From contig NC_045696.1 of assembly GCF_009834535.1 (NCBI RefSeq), positions 5,706,001 to 5,770,000 on the forward strand: 64,000 nt of DNA, read 5' to 3'. The translations under genes were made by a program, and so were the position numbers. The notes beneath the pieces were generated by a model. It was not told the DNA's origin. It worked only from the letters and a program-made list of their open reading frames with translations, and searched no databases. This document shows positions 57,301 to 64,000 of this stretch, piece after piece (positions within the stretch are counted from its first letter, which is position 1; each line of letters starts with the position of its first letter). The DNA comes from Camelus ferus (Eukaryota).

Positions 57301-57542
57301 TAAATGAATGGATATTTCTGTGCTAAATATGAAAAATAAGACTTCCTATCTGCCTCTGAGATTTTGTTTATATTGAATTTCTTACGAAGTACAGCTTGAC
57401 ACAAGTTTTGTTATAAATTCAGGAATTTTCTGTATTAATTTAAAAAGTATTTAAGTTATGATTCCTAGAATCATTATTAACTTTGCCTCTTTATATCCTT
57501 TACTTATCAGTAACCAATATAACTGGGTACTTGAATTTGTAG

Positions 57543-57636
57543 GAAGTTGGAAGACTTCAGAATAGAGAAAGGTGAAGAAGAAAGAAATCTTTACATAATT
57601 GGAAGAAAGAGGAAGACTCTCCAGCCCTCACAAAAG
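57543..57636 (+). CDS. BRWD1: BRWD1 coding exon 20 ([32 protein letters not shown])
   Basis: ttgtag| ... AAG|gtaacg, 94 nt. Confidence 0.95.
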
Positions 57637-58249
57637 GTAACGTAAATTCCATTTTCTTAGGAATAATCAAACTAGAAATTAACAGAAATTTATACTTTTC
57701 TTTTTGATCAGTTAAGAATATTAGTAATATTAGTCTTTTGTTTGGAATTTTAAACAATAGTCATGAAGTGTTATACAGCTATTAGAAGTGGCTTTGAAAC
57801 TTGCAGATGGTAGCTTTAGCTTAATGCCTAACAGTGCTGAAGGATGCTAGAAAATTATTGTCTGTTAACCACTAGAACATGACCAGCCCATATATTTTAA
57901 AGTGGTTTCCTTTTTGGATTATTGTTACTATTTTTTTTAATAGTAAACCAATCAACTTAAAATTTAGTTTGGAAAATGCTGATCTGATGTGCCTAAATTT
58001 AGTCATGTGTTCTAAGTACCTTAAAAAGTAAAAAACAAAAAAACAAAAAAAACCCCAAAAAACCCTAAGCTTGATTAAAAATGTATGGCAAAAATATCCA
58101 TTCAAGGATTTTTATTTTTTGAACTATTATTATTACTTACTATTTTTGCCTTAAATCCTTTTGGGTATTTGATAGAATGCCAAATACTTTATTGAAGATT
58201 GTACTTATATTTTAGGTGTTGATTTTTCATCTGCACGTTTGTGTTTCAG

Positions 58250-58381
58250 TCTGATTCGGTGGTTTTGATGTCACAGTCTAGGCAGAGGACATGTAGGCGT
58301 AAATACCCAAACTACGGTAAAAGAAATCTTGGACGGCTTGACTTATCTTCTGGAAATGAATCTTCAAGCTCCGTAAGACAT
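58250..58381 (+). CDS. BRWD1: BRWD1 coding exon 21 ([44 protein letters not shown]); gene continues past the window
   Basis: tttcag| ... CAT|gtgagt, 132 nt; cumulative CDS 2481 nt in frame. Confidence 0.94.
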
Positions 58382-58494
58382 GTGAGTTTCATAACTTTAA
58401 AACACAGAAAAACTTAAATAATTTGTCTTTATAATTGTTTGAATATACCTTGAAATTATGTGAAAATTTCACATTTTGAATTTCTATAACAGTA

Positions 58495-59530
58495 TTGAAC
58501 AGCTTTGTTGTACCATACAACTGTAGCGTTCGGTGGTTTTAGTATATTAACAAAATTGTGCCATCACTGCCACTATTTAATTTCAAAAAATTTTGATCAC
58601 CTAAAAAGAAGCTCTGTACCCATTTGCAGGTAGTTCCCATTCCCACCCCTCCCAGGCCCCTGCAGTTACTGATCTTTCAATCCTTGTGGATTTCCGTATT
58701 CTGGGCATTTCATCTAATGGAAGCATACAGTATGGTCCTGTGACTGGCTTTTTTCACTTAGTGTGATGTTTTCAAGGCTCATTCCATTTTTAGCATGGAT
58801 CAATACTTTCATTCTTTTTCATTGCCCCATATTCCATTATATATTAGAGCACACTTTGTTCACCCACTCTTCAGCTGGTGGACATTTGTTATTATTTCTA
58901 CTTTTTTGACTATTATGGATATTGCTGCTTATCAACATTCATGTACAGATTTTTGTTTGGACATAAGTTTTTAGTTCGTTTGGATATATATCTAGTCGGT
59001 TTGGTGGGTTATATGGTAACTGTTTTTAGCCTTTTGAGGAGTTGCCAGACTGTTTTCCAAAGTGGCTGCACTATTTTATATTCCCAGTCAGTAATGTATG
59101 AGGTTTCTAGTTTCTCCACATCCTTGTCCACATTTGTTATTGTCTGTCCTTTTGATTTCAGTTATCCTGGTGGATGTGAAGTGGTATCTCACTATGGTTT
59201 TGATTTACGTTTCCCTGAAGATTAATGATGTTGCATATGTTTTCTTGTGCTTATTTTCCACTTGTATATCTATGGAGAAATGTCTGTGCAAATCTGTTGC
59301 CCATTTTTCAATTTGGTTGTTTTTTCCTTATTACTGTAAGAGTTCTTTATATATTCTGGATATGAGCCCTTTATATCAGATATGGGACTTTGAAATATTT
59401 TCTCCCATTTATTGGGTTGTCTTTTCACTGCTTTGGTGATTTCCTCTGAAGCACAGAAGCATTTTGATGAAGTCTGGTTTGTTTTTTCCATGGTTCCTGT
59501 GCTTTTGCTGTCATTAAGAAGTCTTTGTCT
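58495..59530 (-). mobile_element. Old antisense L1 (L1MB-like 3' end and ORF2 C-terminus)
   Basis: Minus ORF 59270-59491 ORF2-like (VKRQPNKWEKIF). Confidence 0.85.
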
Positions 59531-60099
59531 AACCCTTTTGCTTGACTTTTCAATAATCGTATGTAAGTTACTTTTCTTTAACTTGGTTTTTTTGGGGAAA
59601 CCAATATTTTTGTAGAGTTTTTAAAGTTTAATGTTAGAATGGCCATATTTTCTAATCAGTAATGTTTTAAGGATCGAAATGTTTCATAAGGATGAATAAT
59701 TTATTCAGATTCCTCTCTAAAGCATTAGAATAGTAGTCAAACAAAAGGTTTGAATTTAAATCCACATTTTTCCACTTTGACAAGTTGCTTAAACTTTCTG
59801 TGCCTCTACCTGTTATCTCTAAAAGAAATTAGTAGTATGTCCCTCAGAGGTGTTGTGGGAATTCATGTAGTTAGTCTTGTAAAGTGCTTAAAACCCTGCC
59901 TAATATTCAATAATGTTAGTTGCTATTATAATTAAAACCATTCAGTTAAATGATTTTGTTTTATGTAATGACACTGTTCTTACATTATTTTCTTCTTATT
60001 TATATCATATTGAGCGTATTGAAACCTTTATTGATTTTGGGTGATTGTGATAAATGTTACCGCCCTTCCTCAGGAGTTTCCGGCTTATCCTTCCTGTGG

Positions 60100-61640
60100 T
60101 TTTTTTTTTTTCCCTGTACATTTCAGTCAGATAAATGTATATTTTATGATTTCTCCTTTTGTACACAAAGTATAGCATACTACAGATACTCTTTTGCACT
60201 TGGGTTTTTTTTTTTTTTCACTTAAAATATTCTTGAAATTACATCAGTTCGTAAATGTCTTCCTCACTTTTTTTTTTTTAAAGAGTTGCATTATATTTAA
60301 GTTGTGTGATTGTAACAAAGTTTATTTAACTGCTCTTCTGGTTACGAGCATTTAGGATGTTTCCAGTGGTTTTATTTTAAATAATGCTACAATGAAAAAT
60401 CTTGTATATGTATGTAGTTTTCTACTGTTGGAGATGTAATTTGGGGGGTACATTCCTTGAAATGGGATTGCTAGGCCCAAAGATAACTGCATATGCATTT
60501 TATGAGATGCTGATAAAAATTCCTCATAAAGGGGACGCTCACCTTGCATTCCTACCTCTGGCCTGTTAGAGTGCTTGTTTCCCTACTTTTTACCAACAGA
60601 GTGTGTTACACTTTCTCATTTTTGCCAATTTAATTGGTGAGAGGTGGTATGTTAGTTTTATTTTATTATGTTTTGGCTATTTTTTCGTGATAGAATATGT
60701 ATAACATACAGTTTACCATTTTAACTGTTTTTAAGCATATAGTTCAGTGGCATTAACTACATTTACAGATACGTGCAGCCATTACCGCTGTATATTTCTA
60801 GCACTTTCTCATCATCCCAGACAGCAACTCTGTTCTCATTAAACAGTAATTCCCCATTTCCTTCTCTCTTCAGCCCCCGGTAACCTCCCTTCTACTTTCT
60901 GTCTCTATGAATTTGCTATTCTAGATACTTCATGTAAGTGGAATCACAATATTTGTCCTTTTGTCTTTGGTTCATTTCACAGTGTAGTTTTACTTTGAAT
61001 TTTTTTATGTGTAAACTTGAACATCTCTTTTACATATTTAGAGTCTTTTTTCATCTTTGTGCTTTGTCTGTTAATGTCTTTTGGCCATATTTGTTTCATG
61101 GCTTTGGCCTCCCACCTCAGTTTTAAATTTTTTCACATATCCTGCTATGTTACTGAATTTGTGAGTTAATTTTATCATTGGACTCCCTGAAGTTTTCGAG
61201 GTACGCTCTCAGTTTATACAACATTCAGTTTTGCTACTTCTCCTCTAAATTTTACACTTGTAATTGATTTCTCTTGCCTAATTGCATTGTTTAATACTTG
61301 TAGTACATGTAGAATAATAGCGGTGATAGTGGACCATCTCCTGTTGTTGGTGGAAATGTGTCTGTTACTTTCACATTAAGTAAGATACTCTGTGTTAGGT
61401 CTCTATAGAGACATATTTTACTATGCTAGGGAAAATACCAACTAAGTCTTACTTTCTTAAGTGTTCTTTTTGAAGAATCAGGCATAATTATAGATTGCTT
61501 TTTTCTTTTTAGATCATCGGTAGTATTAAGCTTATGTTTTTTCTTTTTAAGTCTTTTAACTTGGTATATTTTCAATTAATAGGGGACTTTTAAATATAAT
61601 GTAGAATGTTAAGTCCTCTTGACCTTTTGAAATAAATCAT
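60100..61640 (-). mobile_element. Old antisense L1 fragments, nested (younger 3' end at about 60680-60980)
   Basis: L1M 3' motifs; minus ORF 60352-60549 ORF2-like. Confidence 0.65.
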
Positions 61641-61939
61641 AATTATGTTCTGTGTAGTTTACCTACAGTGGTATGAACTCATTCTCCTGTGTTTTTGCAG
61701 ATGGGTAAAGATTGGTGTGTGTATATATATATGTATGGTAGTTCCATTCTGTTTTGGTTTGGAAAACAGTGATAGAAAAAGTATGGGTTTTAGAGTTGGC
61801 CAGATCTCCAATTCCATTTTTAATACTTAATCTCCTGTAACTCCAGGCATATTACTTTACATATTTTTCAGCCTTGGGTTTCTCTATGTGTGAAGTGGCA
61901 GTCTTGGGCAAGCAGTGACTTGAGACAATACAAAACTCA

Positions 61940-62112
61940 TAGGCAAGGTGGATCCAAAATTTGTGGTCTTTGAATCTTGTATAATTTTAGGGACCTTCTT
62001 TAGAGAAAGAAGACTCAGATTCAAATAGACACGAGGCCTTGGTAGGCAAGTTAAATCAAAAGCCTCTGAAATTTATGCTTCATTAGCTTTATGTTAATTA
62101 ACCCAGCCTCTG
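61940..62112. mobile_element. hAT-Tip100-type MITE inserted in a MIR
   Basis: ggtggatccaaaatttgtgg...gcttcattagctt...cctctg; MIR-like sequence on both sides. Confidence 0.55.
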
Positions 62113-62604
62113 TTTACAGAGGTGTTTTGAGAGTTAATTGAGATAAAAAATGTAAAACAATTTTTGTAGAGTACACTGTTTCCAGGTAGTAGATTTTAAG
62201 AATTTGTTTTATTGCTGTGACTTTTAAGAAGTCTATTTTGAGCATAAAAAGCTGACTCCTTTTCCATAGATCTACTGTGGTAGGGCCCAGAACCTGCCTG
62301 GACTAGCACTGGGTGCCCATTTTGAGGAACTCTTTTTAGATGTTTACTTTGCATTTTGCCTATTCAAATGAAGTAAAGAACGCAAATATTTCCTTGTGAT
62401 TTCATGTTTTTAGTTTTGTTTCCCAATGGCATTTTTATTATCTGTTAACGATGTACTTAATGTAAATGGCTGTTATAGGAAAAGGTTAAGTTTCAATTTA
62501 AAAGTAGCTGCTTAGTATCCAAGACCGGAACTTAAAGTAGGCTGTAACTGTTAAGGTTGTGGAAGTCAGATGGTCCTTTGTTCCCCTCTTCCCTTAAAGA
62601 CTTC

Positions 62605-64000
62605 ACGTGTTAGTTTAGGTTTACAGAAGACTATGCAGTAAGTATAGTGAGTTCCCTGTGCTCTTTCTCTCCCTGCTCAAGTCTTTCCTGTTAGTAACAT
62701 CTTGATTTAGTGTGGTACAGTTGCTACAGCTGATGAACCAATTTTGTGTGTTATCATTAACTGAATTCCATGGTTTACATTAGGGATCACTCTGTGTTGT
62801 CTGGGTTTTTACAGATGCATAATGTTACGTATCGACCACAAGAGTGTCGTACAGAATAGTTCTACTGCCCTAACCTGCCTGCCTCCACAGACCTAATCCT
62901 CACTTCCTCCCTCTTCCTGAGCCACTGGCAGACACTGATACTTTTACTGTTTCCATAGTTTTGACTCTTCCAGAATGCCATATAGTAGGGGCAAACAGTG
63001 TGTAGCCTTTTCACGTTGACTTCCTTCTAGTTATATGAGTTTAATGTTCCTCTATGATAAATCTGTGTTTAGCTCTGTAGGAAACTGCCAAATTGTTACC
63101 GAAAGTGGCTGGATTACGTTGTGTATTCTGATCAACAATGAATGAGAGTTCCTGTGCTTTGCATCTTTGTTAGGATATTAGTTCTTCCCAATTTCATCTA
63201 TAGATTCAACACAATCCCAGTCAGAGTCTCAGCAAGTTAATTTTATGGATATTGGTAAAGAGGTTCTGAAGTTTATTTGGAGAAGAAAAAACCCAGAATA
63301 GCTAACAGAATACTGAAAAATAATAGAGTTGCAGGCCTGATAGGTACTACTTGACATTAAGACTTAGTATAAATCTAGTTTTTAAGACAGTTAGTACTGG
63401 TGAAAGAATAGACACATAGATCAGTGGAACAGAAAATGGAACCCAGAAATAGACCAATACAAATACAGTCCACTAGTGTTTGACAGAGGAGCAACACCAA
63501 CTCAATGGACAAAGCATAATCTTCTCAACAAGTGGTGCTGAAACAATCATATATTCACATGCAAAAAAAAAACAACAAAACACGTAGGTAGTCTTTTCAT
63601 AAAAACTAACTCAAAATATATCATAAACATCATAAATTTAATGTAAATGTAAAACACAAAACTATAAAATTTCTAAGAGATGACACATAATAAAATCTAG
63701 GTGACTTTGAATGATGACTTTGTAGATACAGCACCAAAGGCATGGTCCTTGACAGAAAAACTTGAGAAGTAGAAAAACCTGGAAGATACTGTTAATAGAA
63801 TGAAAAGACAAGCCACAGACCAGAAGAAAATATTTGTGAAACTCATATCTGATAAAGGAATTGTATTCTTAAAACTCAGGAAGAACACAGTCCAATTTAA
63901 AAATCGTTAAGAGATCTAATGGACACCTGTTAAAGAAGATACACAGATGGTAAATAAGCATATGAAAAGTTACTCAACATCATACATCTATCATTAGGGA
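62605..64000. mobile_element. L1 (L1MC-like): antisense 3' part to about 63173, then sense ORF2 part to window end
   Basis: Strand switch at ...gcatctttgttag|gatattagttcttcccaatttcatctatagattcaac. Confidence 0.8.

Overview
Mammalian genomic DNA, most likely a camelid (alpaca/llama/camel), judged from the many tRNA-derived Vic-1-type SINEs. The window holds the promoter CpG island and first 21 coding exons of BRWD1 (WDR9/DCAF19) on the + strand. The ATG is at 6854 and all introns are GT-AG. The exons join into one open frame of 2481 nt (827 codons): an N-terminal helical region, the WD40 propeller and the start of the linker. The bromodomains lie beyond the window. Introns contain L1, L2, MIR, MaLR/ERV LTR and hAT relics; repeat family names are from recalled consensus sequences and their boundaries are approximate. 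I cannot establish a new biological system. The best leads are three possible dosage-control features near the 5' end of BRWD1: a strong-Kozak polyalanine uORF on a GCG repeat, a read-through 120-aa short isoform, and a candidate poison exon before exon 6. Also notable are an exon 5 splice acceptor apparently built from L1 sequence and two poly(A)-tailed, TSD-flanked retro-inserts that are neither SINE nor L1.
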